A DNA stretch of 64,000 nucleotides from an uncultured bacterium (lineage in GTDB: Bacteria > Patescibacteriota > Minisyncoccia > Phycocordibacterales > CAINVO01), in assembly GCA_903854195.1 (NCBI GenBank), contig CAINVO010000029.1:2557-66556 (forward strand), given 5' to 3'. Below are positions 36,468 through 46,340 of the stretch, piece after piece. The notes below the pieces were generated by a model that saw only the letters and a program-made list of their open reading frames with translations, was not told the DNA's origin and searched no databases. A program made the translations under genes and the position numbers. Numbering within the stretch: position 1 is the stretch's first letter; the number at the start of each line of letters is the position of its first letter.

Positions 36468-38624
36468 TTATTTCATCAATAACGCATTTACAAAACTTCT
36501 TGTAGCTTTGAAAAAATTACCAGTTCCATGTATTAGATTAGAAGGTTTCAAAATTTCAACAGCATTAGCTTCTTGAAATTTGATAAGTGCATTTCTGGTA
36601 GCTTGGCCAAATATGTTTGTTTCATAACCCAACGATCCTGCACCTTTTTTTGAAACAAGGAATCCTTTATTATTTAAAAATTTCTGAAGACGCATTACGT
36701 CTAAATCTTTTAATCCTAACTTCAAATCCTTCAAGAAAAGAGCAATTTGACCATGTTTGAGAATATTGTCCTGGGTTGATGTCGCAACCAATCTGCCACC
36801 ACCAATTGGTCCAATTCTTGGACCTACGGACACAACCGGAAGATTTATTGAAACCACCGGCGCCACAAAATCCGGATAATTGTCTGAGTGACCATACCAA
36901 ACTGGAGATGAAAAATCCCATAACGGTTCAGAATTTAATGTTGTGGTAAAAATATCTTTAGTCTTATCATAAAACCATGTTTGGTCTCCATCTATATATC
37001 CGTCCCCTCCTCCAGATAAAATATTATATGTTACATTTGTACTCGTACCCATATTATCTACATTTCCAATTGCAAATGTTGGACCACTTGGAGAAACAAA
37101 CCAACCTAAATTTGACATAGAATCCAAATAACTTATTTGACCATCAAGTTCACCTATCAATCCTCCAACATTCGATGTTAACCCAACAACTAAACCTGTA
37201 GAGAAAGAATTACTAATAGGATCATTGTTTACCCTGCCAATGAGACCTCCGACATAGTCCTCTCCAGTAACGTTTCCTGTAGCATATGAATTCACGACAG
37301 ATGTTGGGAAAGGATAACCTCCTGCTGAACTTTCTCCAACAAGGCCTCCGACATTGTTGGTACCATGAATATTTGCTGTAGAGTATGTATTTTCAATGTG
37401 ACCCTTGTCGTTAAAGCCCACGAGACCTCCTGTGTAACTTCCTCCGGTAATGTTTCCTTTTGTAAAAACTTTCACCACCTGACCATGGACATTATATCCA
37501 ACTACCCCACCAACAGAGTTGCTACCAGTAATATTTTCATTCAATAAACCAAAATTTTTAATAACTGCACCATTAGTTTGAGAAAATAAACCGGCAAAAA
37601 ATTCAGACGAATTTTCAAATAAGTTTGAAATTACATGACCTTGACCATTAAATGTGCCGGAAAAATAAGGTGAGACTGAACCAATTGGTGTAAATCCCGC
37701 ACCATTGTTGAATAAATTAGAATTAAAATTTGGATTTAGAGAATCAGAAATATTTGTAGCAGAGCAATCAACATCATCAGTGAGTATGAAATTTTTGTTT
37801 AAAAAAATACCACTTGCTGCTGCTATGTTTTGAAGTTGTATACAGCTGTTTATTTGAAATGGACTTCCTACACTTCCGTCACCACCTGCAAAAAATGGTT
37901 CCATTGTTGTAAAGGTTTGATTTGAACTAGTAGCAAAATGACCATTTCCATCATCCATAATCACCCTAAAATTATAAGTTGTGCTAGGAGTAAGGCCATT
38001 AATATCTACAGACCATCCAGGATTTGCATTTATATTTTGACCATAACTTTCTGTTTTTCCATACTGAACAACTGCATTAATCAATGCAGGATCTGCATTC
38101 CAAACAATATTTGCAATTGTGTCTAAAGTGTTTGTGCCCCATGCATCAATACTACCGGCTGGACTTATATTTATTATGATTGGATCAATACTAACTACTG
38201 AGTCTGAGTCATTATTTATATAGTTAAAATTATAACTGCCAGAATATTTGGCATTAGCAACATTATGCAAAGTTACAGTAATAGCAGATCCTACAGGAAT
38301 ATCAGAATCAATATAAATATAGGCATCACTACCACTATAAAATGGTGCCGCGAGATTTTTCAAAACCCCATCAACAGATACAGTTGCCGTTGCATTGCTT
38401 AAATCAAAAGATCCATCAAAACTAAAATGTGCAACCACCCCGGTTGCAGGAATGTCTGTTTCGTTTGTAAAGTTGAAAGTATAGTCAGTGTTGGTATTCG
38501 CCACATAAGAATTAGCTGAATAGGAAAAATTACTAAGTGTGCCAGCGTAAACGTAATTTACCCCTGCAAAGAACAAAACCACTAAATAAAAAATACAACA
38601 AAAAAAACCGATACTTCTTTCCAT
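36468..38624 (-). CDS. Large secreted surface protein: FN3-like domain, GLUG-type repeats, C-terminal peptidoglycan-binding domain
   Basis: Signal peptide; repeats NVGGLVGES / YVGGLIGRV / NVGGLIGEL / SVGGVVGYN / YTGGLVGFN; C-terminal DLDVMRLQKFLNNKGFL..GYETNIFGQATRNALIKFQ (PG_binding_1); 718 aa. Confidence 0.6.
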   Translation of the reverse strand: MERSIGFFCCIFYLVVLFFAGVNYVYAGTLSNFSYSANSYVANTNTDYTFNFTNETDIPATGVVAHFSFDGSFDLSNATATVSVDGVLKNLAAPFYSGSDAYIYIDSDIPVGSAITVTLHNVANAKYSGSYNFNYINNDSDSVVSIDPIIINISPAGSIDAWGTNTLDTIANIVWNADPALINAVVQYGKTESYGQNINANPGWSVDINGLTPSTTYNFRVIMDDGNGHFATSSNQTFTTMEPFFAGGDGSVGSPFQINSCIQLQNIAAASGIFLNKNFILTDDVDCSATNISDSLNPNFNSNLFNNGAGFTPIGSVSPYFSGTFNGQGHVISNLFENSSEFFAGLFSQTNGAVIKNFGLLNENITGSNSVGGVVGYNVHGQVVKVFTKGNITGGSYTGGLVGFNDKGHIENTYSTANIHGTNNVGGLVGESSAGGYPFPTSVVNSYATGNVTGEDYVGGLIGRVNNDPISNSFSTGLVVGLTSNVGGLIGELDGQISYLDSMSNLGWFVSPSGPTFAIGNVDNMGTSTNVTYNILSGGGDGYIDGDQTWFYDKTKDIFTTTLNSEPLWDFSSPVWYGHSDNYPDFVAPVVSINLPVVSVGPRIGPIGGGRLVATSTQDNILKHGQIALFLKDLKLGLKDLDVMRLQKFLNNKGFLVSKKGAGSLGYETNIFGQATRNALIKFQEANAVEILKPSNLIHGTGNFFKATRSFVNALLMK

Positions 38625-38691
38625 ATTGGCTATATTATATCAATCCAAACCTTAAAAGTAAAAACCAAAAAATTACTTGAAAAAAGTCAAA

Positions 38692-39084
38692 TTAAGAAAG
38701 TATCTCTCTAATTTTTGCAATAAGGTCGTTAATTGGCCAGTCTGACTTTACAAGATAATAAGCCGATTTATCTTCCTTTATTTCTTTCATAACTTTTTCA
38801 TCATCTGCACCAAGGTTTGTAAGAAGAATAACTGGCACATTTTTTCCCCATTCATTTTCCAGTCGTAATTTTTTTAACATAGATATTCCATCCATCTTAG
38901 GCATCACCACATCAAGCAGAATAACGTGGGGTTGTTCCTTAAGTGCTGTTGAAAGACCTGTTTCTCCATCATTAGCACTTATCACAAAAAAGCCTTCTCT
39001 CGAAAATTTATCACGCAAGGCGTTCCGTAAAGAAACCTCATCCTCAATTATTAATATGATATGTCTTACAGGTATAGTGTTCAT
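38692..39084 (-). CDS. Stand-alone response regulator receiver (CheY-like)
   Basis: IIEDE, LLDVVMP (phospho-acceptor Asp), T and K signature residues. Confidence 0.8.
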   Translation of the reverse strand: MNTIPVRHIILIIEDEVSLRNALRDKFSREGFFVISANDGETGLSTALKEQPHVILLDVVMPKMDGISMLKKLRLENEWGKNVPVILLTNLGADDEKVMKEIKEDKSAYYLVKSDWPINDLIAKIREILS

Positions 39085-39090
39085 TATTTA

Positions 39091-39567
39091 TTATTTTAAG
39101 ATTCCGGCTGGCAGTAAGGATAAATTTATATCAGAGATTATATTTTCAAGTTTATTTTCAGACTTTACATAGTATTTACTTACGCCAAGTTTTTTATATG
39201 TATCAACAAGCTCAGCATCTGAAGTGTTTGAAACAACAAAAATAGGAACATCCTTCCAACGATCACCATTTGATTTAAATTTTGTGACAAAATCAAGTCC
39301 ATCATCTTCACCTAAAAGATTATGATCTAACCAAATAGCATCAACTTTTTCTAAACTTTCAAGATAGGCGAGAACAGCTGCAACACTATTAGATGTTACA
39401 TTTCCAGATCTATTTTTTTTCATGTCTACACTAAAAGCCCTTTCGACACTACGAGAAGTCATGACATTAAAATCACTCTTTTCAAGCTTAGCTTTAATAA
39501 CTTCGAGCAAAGATTTTTCGTCCTCGATTAGCAATATTGTTTTCTTTTCCTGAGATTTGGTTTTCAT
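39091..39567 (-). CDS. Atypical receiver-domain protein (REC with about 25 aa insertion)
   Basis: LIEDE, IWLDHNL (Asp), VVSN, KYYVKS; insertion between beta2 and alpha2. Confidence 0.6.
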   Translation of the reverse strand: MKTKSQEKKTILLIEDEKSLLEVIKAKLEKSDFNVMTSRSVERAFSVDMKKNRSGNVTSNSVAAVLAYLESLEKVDAIWLDHNLLGEDDGLDFVTKFKSNGDRWKDVPIFVVSNTSDAELVDTYKKLGVSKYYVKSENKLENIISDINLSLLPAGILK

Positions 39568-40770
39568 TTATTTAAATAATTTATTTGCTTCTTTGTTAAT
39601 ACTAATCGGAAACTCAACGTGAAAAATGGTACCTTTATCCTCTTTTGACTCGAACCAAACCTTCCCCCCTGAATTATCAACAACGGCCTTAACTATATAC
39701 AGCCCAAGCCCTGTACCCTCAGTATCCCTTTGTCTCACATTATCAGCTCTAAAAAGTTTTGAGAAAATCCGATTTTGCTGATTTTCTGGTATTCCATAAC
39801 CCGTATCTGAAATTGAAAATGTAAAAGTTTTATTTTTTAAATTTTGAGATAGAGTCAATTTTATTTTACCCCTATCTGGTGTGTATTTAACCGAGTTAGA
39901 TAATAAATTTTCAAAAATTATTCTTAGAACTTTAGGGTCAGACTGCACTATGGGAAATTTTGTTTCAAAATCAAAAGAAGTCTTTATTCCTTTTGCTTCT
40001 ATTTGAGGTTTTTGATCGTTAACTACGTTTTGTACAAGCTGAGTTACGTCTGTTTGTTCAAGTTCAAAAGTGAATGTTCCAAGATCCATTCGAGAAACAC
40101 TAAGAAGTGCATTTACAAGACTTACCATTCTCTGATTTCCCCTATACACCTCCTTTAGATATTTTTCTTGTTCTGGATTTAATTTTCCAACATCCCCAGC
40201 AAGAAGCATCTCTGTGTACCAATTAATAGTAGAGAGCGGCGTACGTAGTTGATGTGAAGCAAGTGAAACAAATTCCGTTTTAGTTTTATCAATTTCTTTC
40301 TCTTTTGTTATGTCTCTGAATGTCTCTACCACGCCAATAATTTCATTATTCAAAATAATTGGGGTCACAATACTACTTGCAGGAAACCTGCTTTTATTTT
40401 TACAAATATAGTAAAAGGGATTTGTTAAATCAGCCATAACAATTTCTCCTGATAAAACTTTAGTAAGAATTCTTTCATTAAACTCCACAACTTCACCCTT
40501 TTCTGACTCACGAGGCACAACCTCTACCACGTACTTTCCAATAACTTCTGCGGATTTCCAACCAACCATTTGTTCAAAGGCCTGATTAACGTAAGTTATT
40601 TTTCCCTCTTTATCCACAACCACCAGACCCTCACCAATACTTGAAAGAATCGCTTCGTCTAGCGCTTTTTTTTGAAGAAGTTCTTTTTCGTTATCAGCCA
40701 AGTCCTCAAGAATGTTTAAAATCGCTTTTTTTAATGGCATATAATCTCGTTTAACTTTTAAGACTGGCAT
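39568..40770 (-). CDS. Cytoplasmic PAS-sensor histidine kinase (HisKA + HATPase_c)
   Basis: H-box SHQLRTPL, N-box NLLSNSVKYT, G-boxes DTGYGIP and GTGLGLYIVK; N-terminal PAS; no TM helix. Confidence 0.85.
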   Translation of the reverse strand: MPVLKVKRDYMPLKKAILNILEDLADNEKELLQKKALDEAILSSIGEGLVVVDKEGKITYVNQAFEQMVGWKSAEVIGKYVVEVVPRESEKGEVVEFNERILTKVLSGEIVMADLTNPFYYICKNKSRFPASSIVTPIILNNEIIGVVETFRDITKEKEIDKTKTEFVSLASHQLRTPLSTINWYTEMLLAGDVGKLNPEQEKYLKEVYRGNQRMVSLVNALLSVSRMDLGTFTFELEQTDVTQLVQNVVNDQKPQIEAKGIKTSFDFETKFPIVQSDPKVLRIIFENLLSNSVKYTPDRGKIKLTLSQNLKNKTFTFSISDTGYGIPENQQNRIFSKLFRADNVRQRDTEGTGLGLYIVKAVVDNSGGKVWFESKEDKGTIFHVEFPISINKEANKLFK

Positions 40771-41368
40771 TTTTGAATTCTTTAAGTTCTCTAATTTCTT
40801 TTTTTAATTCTATCATTTTTAACTCTCTACCAACCATTGTCCCATTCAAAAACTCTAAATCTTTTACCTTATCAGCAATTTCTCTTGTTCTCTCTTCAAC
40901 TTTATGTTCAAGCTCTGTTGTGTATTCGGCCAGTCTTTGTTCAAGCTCCTTTCTAGCAGTAATGTCTTCCATCGCCAACACAATCATATGTGCTGTATCT
41001 ATATCTATTTGTCTAGCGTTAAGTAAAATTGTTTTTTCCCCAATTTGTTGAAACGTATGTTTAACCTCATAATCCTTAACAACTTTTTTCATCGGCAAAA
41101 TTTCTTCTAGCAAACTTTTTAAAAGTGGTATGTTCCATTGTCCATTACCTAATTCATACAAAAAAACATTCTCCGTCTGTTCTGGAGAAACTTGAAAATT
41201 TTGGTAGAAAGTTATGTTTGCTGAAACAACTCTTAGATCGGAATCCAGAATCAAAAAAGACTCTCTGGCTACCTCTACTAGGGTTTTCATATAATGTAAC
41301 GCGAGTTCTTGGGATGCTTTTAATCTATTCTTTTTGGCTTTAAGCGTTTTTTTATTGTTCATTGTCAT
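40751..41368 (-). CDS. PAS-domain protein with C-terminal coiled coil (overlaps HK start by 20 nt)
   Basis: PAS-fold pattern (FLILDSDLRVVSAN..F..ELG), coiled-coil tail; SD GGAG upstream. Confidence 0.6.
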   Translation of the reverse strand: MTMNNKKTLKAKKNRLKASQELALHYMKTLVEVARESFLILDSDLRVVSANITFYQNFQVSPEQTENVFLYELGNGQWNIPLLKSLLEEILPMKKVVKDYEVKHTFQQIGEKTILLNARQIDIDTAHMIVLAMEDITARKELEQRLAEYTTELEHKVEERTREIADKVKDLEFLNGTMVGRELKMIELKKEIRELKEFKNASLKS

Positions 41369-41653
41369 TTTTTACTCCTTCCTATTGAAAGCCAAGGCTA
41401 AGATACTATAATAAATTACTGTCTTATAAGGGTTATTTCTAATTTTACATGGAATTTTATTTATGGATGTTAGTGAAAGTCTATCTTCACTAATGGTATT
41501 GCCGGCCCAAACAACAAACCATTACAAAATACTTAAGATAAGCAAATTAGCCCTAAAAACTACATATTCATAAGGCAACTTGAGTCATATTGCCACCAAG
41601 CGAAAATTCATATATCTTGGTAGAATATTAGGCAGTTAGATAATAAAAATTAT

Positions 41654-41726
41654 GCGCGGTTAGCTCAGTTGGTAGAGCGCAACATTGACGTTGTTGATGT
41701 CGGGGGTTCGAATCCCTCACCGCGCA
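41654..41726 (+). tRNA. tRNA-Val (GAC)
   Basis: Acceptor GCGCGGT/ACCGCGC, D-arm GCTCAGTTGGTAGAGC, anticodon loop TTGACGT, T-loop TTCGAAT. Hand indexing here disagreed by 1 nt with the ORF track, so coordinates are shifted to match the track. Confidence 0.8.
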
Positions 41727-41755
41727 CAAAAAAAACACATAAAATTTTATTTATT

Positions 41756-43021
41756 ATGAAAATACTAGGAATAGAAACGAGCTGCGACGAAACAGCAATA
41801 TGCATAATTGAAGCGACAGAAAGTAATCAGGAAAACCTTGGAACTCTAGCATCGACATCGGCTCCAACGTCGACATCAACCTCAAACATTTCCATTCTAG
41901 GCAATGCTCTAAATTCTCAAACAAAAATACATGAAAAATATGGTGGAGTATTTCCAATGATGGCTAAACGTGAGCATGTCGCAAACATCATGCCCCTACT
42001 CGAGAATGCACTTAGTGAAGCTGAGCTTTTGCAAAAAAACAATCCAGTTAAAATATCACAAAATGACCTTGAAAAAATAAAAGGAATATTCAAAAAAGAA
42101 ATTGGCTTATGTGAAAATTTTATAAATTTTATTTCAACTTTTAATAAGCCTGAGATAGAGGCTATTGCCGTTACCGAAGGACCAGGACTTGAACCAGCAC
42201 TTTGGGTGGGAATAAACACTGCAATTTGTCTTGGAATCGTTTGGAGTATTCCTGTCATCCCTACCAACCACATGGAGGGTCATATAGTTTCATCTCTACT
42301 TGTTCCAAATATTTCACCAAAAGATGATAAAGAAAAAATAGTAACAGAACAAATCGCAAAAATATCATTTCCAGCAATTTCCCTACTCATTTCTGGTGGG
42401 CACACTGAGCTTGTACTACTGAACGATTGGCACTCCTATGAAATTATTGGTCAAACGAAAGATGACGCTGTTGGCGAAGCCTTTGATAAAGTAGCTCGAA
42501 TGCTTGAACTACCCTATCCAGGAGGACCTCACATTTCCACACTTGCAGCAGAATATAGATCATCAGGAATATATAGCAAAAACCACAAGGAGTCAGGCGA
42601 ACTAGAAAAAATATCTTTTCCACGCCCAATGATTAAATCTCCCGATTTTGATTTTTCTTTTTCTGGACTGAAAACTGCTGTTTTGTATTTTTTGAAAAAA
42701 AACCCTGATGCAAATAAAAACGCTGTCGCTTGTGAGTTTGAAGATGCAGCCACTGAAGTTTTGATTGAAAAAACAAAAAAAGCCTTAGAAAAATATGCTG
42801 CACAAACACTCATCCTTGGAGGTGGGGTGACTGCAAATACTTACATACGAAAAAATTTTGCTGATTTAGCTGAAAATCTTAATATAAAAATTTATTTGCC
42901 AATTCAACAACTCTCCACAGACAACGCCATAATGATAGCCATAGCTGGATACCTAAAATATTCACATGACGGGGTTAGCACTTTAGATATCAAGGCTCGA
43001 GGAAATTTATCATTGCAATAA
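41756..43021 (+). CDS. tsaD: tRNA N6-adenosine threonylcarbamoyltransferase TsaD (Kae1/Gcp family) with low-complexity insertion
   Basis: MKILGIETSCDETA N-terminus, conserved His pair region (HMEGH) and GGV motifs. The ORF-track N-terminal extension runs through tRNA-Val and is rejected. Confidence 0.85.
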   Translation: MKILGIETSCDETAICIIEATESNQENLGTLASTSAPTSTSTSNISILGNALNSQTKIHEKYGGVFPMMAKREHVANIMPLLENALSEAELLQKNNPVKISQNDLEKIKGIFKKEIGLCENFINFISTFNKPEIEAIAVTEGPGLEPALWVGINTAICLGIVWSIPVIPTNHMEGHIVSSLLVPNISPKDDKEKIVTEQIAKISFPAISLLISGGHTELVLLNDWHSYEIIGQTKDDAVGEAFDKVARMLELPYPGGPHISTLAAEYRSSGIYSKNHKESGELEKISFPRPMIKSPDFDFSFSGLKTAVLYFLKKNPDANKNAVACEFEDAATEVLIEKTKKALEKYAAQTLILGGGVTANTYIRKNFADLAENLNIKIYLPIQQLSTDNAIMIAIAGYLKYSHDGVSTLDIKARGNLSLQ

Positions 43022-43125
43022 CAAGTTGCATGTGTAATAATTTTTTTGTGTGAGTGGCAGTCATCACATGCCTAGTCGACGAGGGTATTTTCGTCACACC
43101 TACCTGCACATTGAGGTAGCATATA

Positions 43126-43190
43126 GCTCCTCGGCTCTTGTTTTGCCACATTCCATGTGTGCAAGCTAGGGCTGAGGAGCTTCTTTTTTT
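43126..43190 (+). terminator. Intrinsic terminator with a large loop in the tsaD-valS spacer
   Basis: GCTCCTCGGC ... GCTGAGGAGC (10 bp including one G-U) followed by ttcttttttt. Confidence 0.55.
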
Positions 43191-43214
43191 AGAAATTTGC
43201 ATAAATATAAATAC

Positions 43215-43243
43215 TTCAAAAAACAGTGTGTTTCTGGTAGAAT
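43215..43243 (+). promoter_or_regulatory. Candidate sigma70 promoter for valS with extended -10 (would make valS nearly leaderless)
   Basis: TTCAAA - 17 nt - TGgTAGAAT; the -10 ends 8 nt before the ATG at 43252. Confidence 0.35.
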
Positions 43244-43251
43244 AGCCTGCA

Positions 43252-45519
43252 ATGAAAGACCAAATAAACGAACAGAATACTTTTATAAATTCAGCCAACA
43301 TTCCCGAGGAATTTCTAAAACCTTACGAACCAACAGAAGTTGAACCGAATATTCTAAAATCATGGGAAGAAAGTGGTTTTTTCAATCCTGATGTATGTAT
43401 AGAGAAAGGCCTAACAAAACCTGACGCAGAAGCATTTAGTATAGTACTACCACCTCCAAATGTAACAGGCACCCTTCACATGGGTGGAGCTCTTATGGTG
43501 GCTATCGAAGACACTCTTGTTCGATATCACAGAATGAATGGTAAAAAAACTCTTTGGATACCTGGCACTGACCATGCAGGCATTGCAACCCAATCAAAAG
43601 TTGAAAAAATAATTCTAAAAGAAGAAGGCCTTAGAAGACACGATCTTGGCCGCGAAGAACTTGTTAAAAGAATTGAAAAATTTGCAAAAGAAAGTCACGA
43701 TACCCTGGTAAGTCAAATTAAAAATATGGGTGCAAGTATAGACTGGTCACGTGAAGCTTTTACTTTAGATGAAAAGCGTTCAATTTCTGTACGTACTGCT
43801 TTTAAAAAAATGTATGATGACGGATTAATTTATCAAGGAGATCGTGTGGTGAACTGGGATCCCAAAGGTCAGACTACAATTTCTGACGATGAAATTGTTT
43901 ACGGGGAACGCAAAGCTATTTTTTATACTTTTAAATATTCTAAGGATTTTCCAATTTCAATCTCGACTACACGCCCTGAAACAAAAGTTGGAGATACAGC
44001 TGTTGCGGTCCACCCAGATGACACTAGATACCAAGAGTATGTTGGAAAAGAATACGATATAAACTTTGCTGGTGTTCCAATCCATATTCGCATCATCGCT
44101 GATCGTGAAGTTGACCCAGAGTTTGGAACTGGTGCACTTGGAGTGACTCCAGCGCACAGTCAAACTGATGCTGATATTGGACGCCGACATGGTTTGCCAA
44201 CAGTTCAAGTTATAAATGAATATGCAAAAATGATGGTTGTAGGTGATCTTAATGGTCTAAAAACCACTGAGGCTCGTGAAAAAATAGTTGAATGGCTCCG
44301 ATCAGAGAGTCTGCTAGAAAAAGAAGAGGAAGTTACTCAAAATGTTTCTACAGCTGAACGCACAGGTGGCATCATAGAACCACTTCCAAAGCTACAGTGG
44401 TTTATAAATGTAAATAAAAAATTTACAATTCCTCACTCAAACATTTCTGGTATCTCTTCAGGCCAAGAGATCAGTCTTAAAGAACTTATGCATCAAGCTG
44501 TTGCTGGTGGAGATATTTCTATTCTCCCTGATCGATTTGAAAAAACATATTCACATTGGATAGATAATCTACGTGATTGGTGTATTAGTCGTCAGATTTG
44601 GTATGGACATCGCATACCAGTTTGGTACAAAAAAAATGCAGAGGAAACAGAAATGCATGTTGGAGTAGAAGCACCAGTTGGTGAAGGGTGGGAACAAGAC
44701 CCTGATACACTCGACACTTGGTTTTCATCAAGCCTTTGGACTTTCTCCACTCTTGGATGGCCAGAGAAAACATTGGATTTAAAAACATATCATTCCACTT
44801 CCCTTCTTGAAACAGGATATGACATACTTTTTTTCTGGGTAGCCCGCATGATTTTAATGAGCACCTATCTTCTTGGTGATGTGCCCTTCAAAACAGTTTA
44901 CTTACACGGACTTATTCGTGATGCTCAGGGTAGAAAAATCAGCAAATCTCTTGGAAATAACATTGATCCCGTAGACATGATACAAAAATATGGAGCTGAT
45001 GCCGTAAGAATGTCACTTATCGTAGGAACAGGTCCAGGCAATGACAGTAAAATGTCCGAGGACAAACTCAAAGCCTACAAGCATTTTGGAAATAAAATCT
45101 GGAATATTACTCGTTTTATCCTGCAATCTACTGACGGGGTAACCTTTGATGAAAATTTTGACAAATGGAGTGAGTCTGACATTGAACTGATTAAAACTAG
45201 AGATGAAGAAATAAAATCAATAACAAAAGAAACCGAGGAATACAAAATACATCTTGCGGCAGATAGACTTTACCAATACATTTGGCATGTGCTTGCTGAT
45301 AATATTCTTGAAGATAGTAAAAAAATATTTGAATCTGATCACCAAGCAAACAAAACATCTAGACAGCAATTTTTGCTTCACACCTTACGCAAGCTTTTGA
45401 TTGTTCTTCATCCATTTATGCCATTTATTACAGAAAAAATATGGGACACACTTTCTGAAGACAAAATCGGTAAAAAGTCAGCACAACTTTTGATGGTAGA
45501 AAATTGGCCGAAGGATTAA
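43252..45519 (+). CDS. valS: Valyl-tRNA synthetase (C-terminal coiled-coil domain absent)
   Basis: HMGG (HIGH) motif, KISKS (KMSKS), editing domain; 755 aa. Confidence 0.93.
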   Translation: MKDQINEQNTFINSANIPEEFLKPYEPTEVEPNILKSWEESGFFNPDVCIEKGLTKPDAEAFSIVLPPPNVTGTLHMGGALMVAIEDTLVRYHRMNGKKTLWIPGTDHAGIATQSKVEKIILKEEGLRRHDLGREELVKRIEKFAKESHDTLVSQIKNMGASIDWSREAFTLDEKRSISVRTAFKKMYDDGLIYQGDRVVNWDPKGQTTISDDEIVYGERKAIFYTFKYSKDFPISISTTRPETKVGDTAVAVHPDDTRYQEYVGKEYDINFAGVPIHIRIIADREVDPEFGTGALGVTPAHSQTDADIGRRHGLPTVQVINEYAKMMVVGDLNGLKTTEAREKIVEWLRSESLLEKEEEVTQNVSTAERTGGIIEPLPKLQWFINVNKKFTIPHSNISGISSGQEISLKELMHQAVAGGDISILPDRFEKTYSHWIDNLRDWCISRQIWYGHRIPVWYKKNAEETEMHVGVEAPVGEGWEQDPDTLDTWFSSSLWTFSTLGWPEKTLDLKTYHSTSLLETGYDILFFWVARMILMSTYLLGDVPFKTVYLHGLIRDAQGRKISKSLGNNIDPVDMIQKYGADAVRMSLIVGTGPGNDSKMSEDKLKAYKHFGNKIWNITRFILQSTDGVTFDENFDKWSESDIELIKTRDEEIKSITKETEEYKIHLAADRLYQYIWHVLADNILEDSKKIFESDHQANKTSRQQFLLHTLRKLLIVLHPFMPFITEKIWDTLSEDKIGKKSAQLLMVENWPKD

Positions 45520-45599
45520 AAACAAAAGTCACAGATAACTATTGGCAACTAGATTAGATAGATACTAAAAAATCAGATATAATATACGCAAGTAATATT

Positions 45600-46340
45600 A
45601 TGTTCTCAAAGTCATTTGATTTATTCTTTCACAGCCTCCCTGTTTTTACTGCAAGCGCAGACACTATATCTTATGCATTTATCGGTGGAATTTTTCCAGC
45701 ATTAGTTTGGCTTTGGTTTTGGCTACACGAAGACCAACACCCTGAACCAATTAGACTTATCGTTCGAACTTTTCTAATGGGAATGTTAGCGGTTATTTTA
45801 GTAGCACCAATTGAGCAAATTATTGCAAACTTTTTTCCTTCACAAAGTTTTCAGGTTTATTATTTTTGGGCTGCCGCTGAAGAAATTTTAAAATTTTTAG
45901 CTGCCTGGGTAATAGCACTAAGGAGCAAGGCATTTGATGAGCCAGTTGACGCTTTTATATACCTAACAACAGCTGCACTTGGCTTTGCAGCCCTTGAAAA
46001 TACTTTTTTTACACTTACACCACTACTACACAACGACCCAATACAGAGTATCCTCACGGGTAATATGCGCTTTATTGGAGCTAGTCTTCTACACATAGTT
46101 ACGTCTGGAACATTAGCAATTTTTATTGGATTATCTTATTACAAAAAGCCATGGCTCAAAAGAGTCGCAACAGGTGTGGGATTATTCCTTGCAATTACAT
46201 TGCATGCTATCTTCAATTTCTTTATAATGATAAATGAAGGTAGTGGAACCTTTATTGTTTTTGCTTCCGTATGGGTCGCAATAATAATAATAATTTTCTC
46301 TCTTGAAAAAATAAAATCAATTAACTATAAAACAACATGA
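45600..46340 (+). CDS. PrsW-family intramembrane metalloprotease
   Basis: EEILKF (ExxxK), FAALENTFF, HIVTSG motifs across 7-8 TM helices. Confidence 0.7.
   Translation: MFSKSFDLFFHSLPVFTASADTISYAFIGGIFPALVWLWFWLHEDQHPEPIRLIVRTFLMGMLAVILVAPIEQIIANFFPSQSFQVYYFWAAAEEILKFLAAWVIALRSKAFDEPVDAFIYLTTAALGFAALENTFFTLTPLLHNDPIQSILTGNMRFIGASLLHIVTSGTLAIFIGLSYYKKPWLKRVATGVGLFLAITLHAIFNFFIMINEGSGTFIVFASVWVAIIIIIFSLEKIKSINYKTT

Noticed and set aside
41654-41760. 1-nt disagreement between my line-based indexing and the ORF-track coordinates around tRNA-Val / tsaD
   Set aside because: ORF-track coordinates were treated as authoritative. The tRNA-Val and tsaD coordinates were adjusted by -1; coordinates elsewhere were checked against ORF anchors and agree.
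43022-43251. T-box leader regulating valS
   Set aside because: No conserved T-box sequence (AAUUAGGGUGGUACCGCG-like) or specifier-loop geometry could be found; only generic hairpins and a terminator are present.
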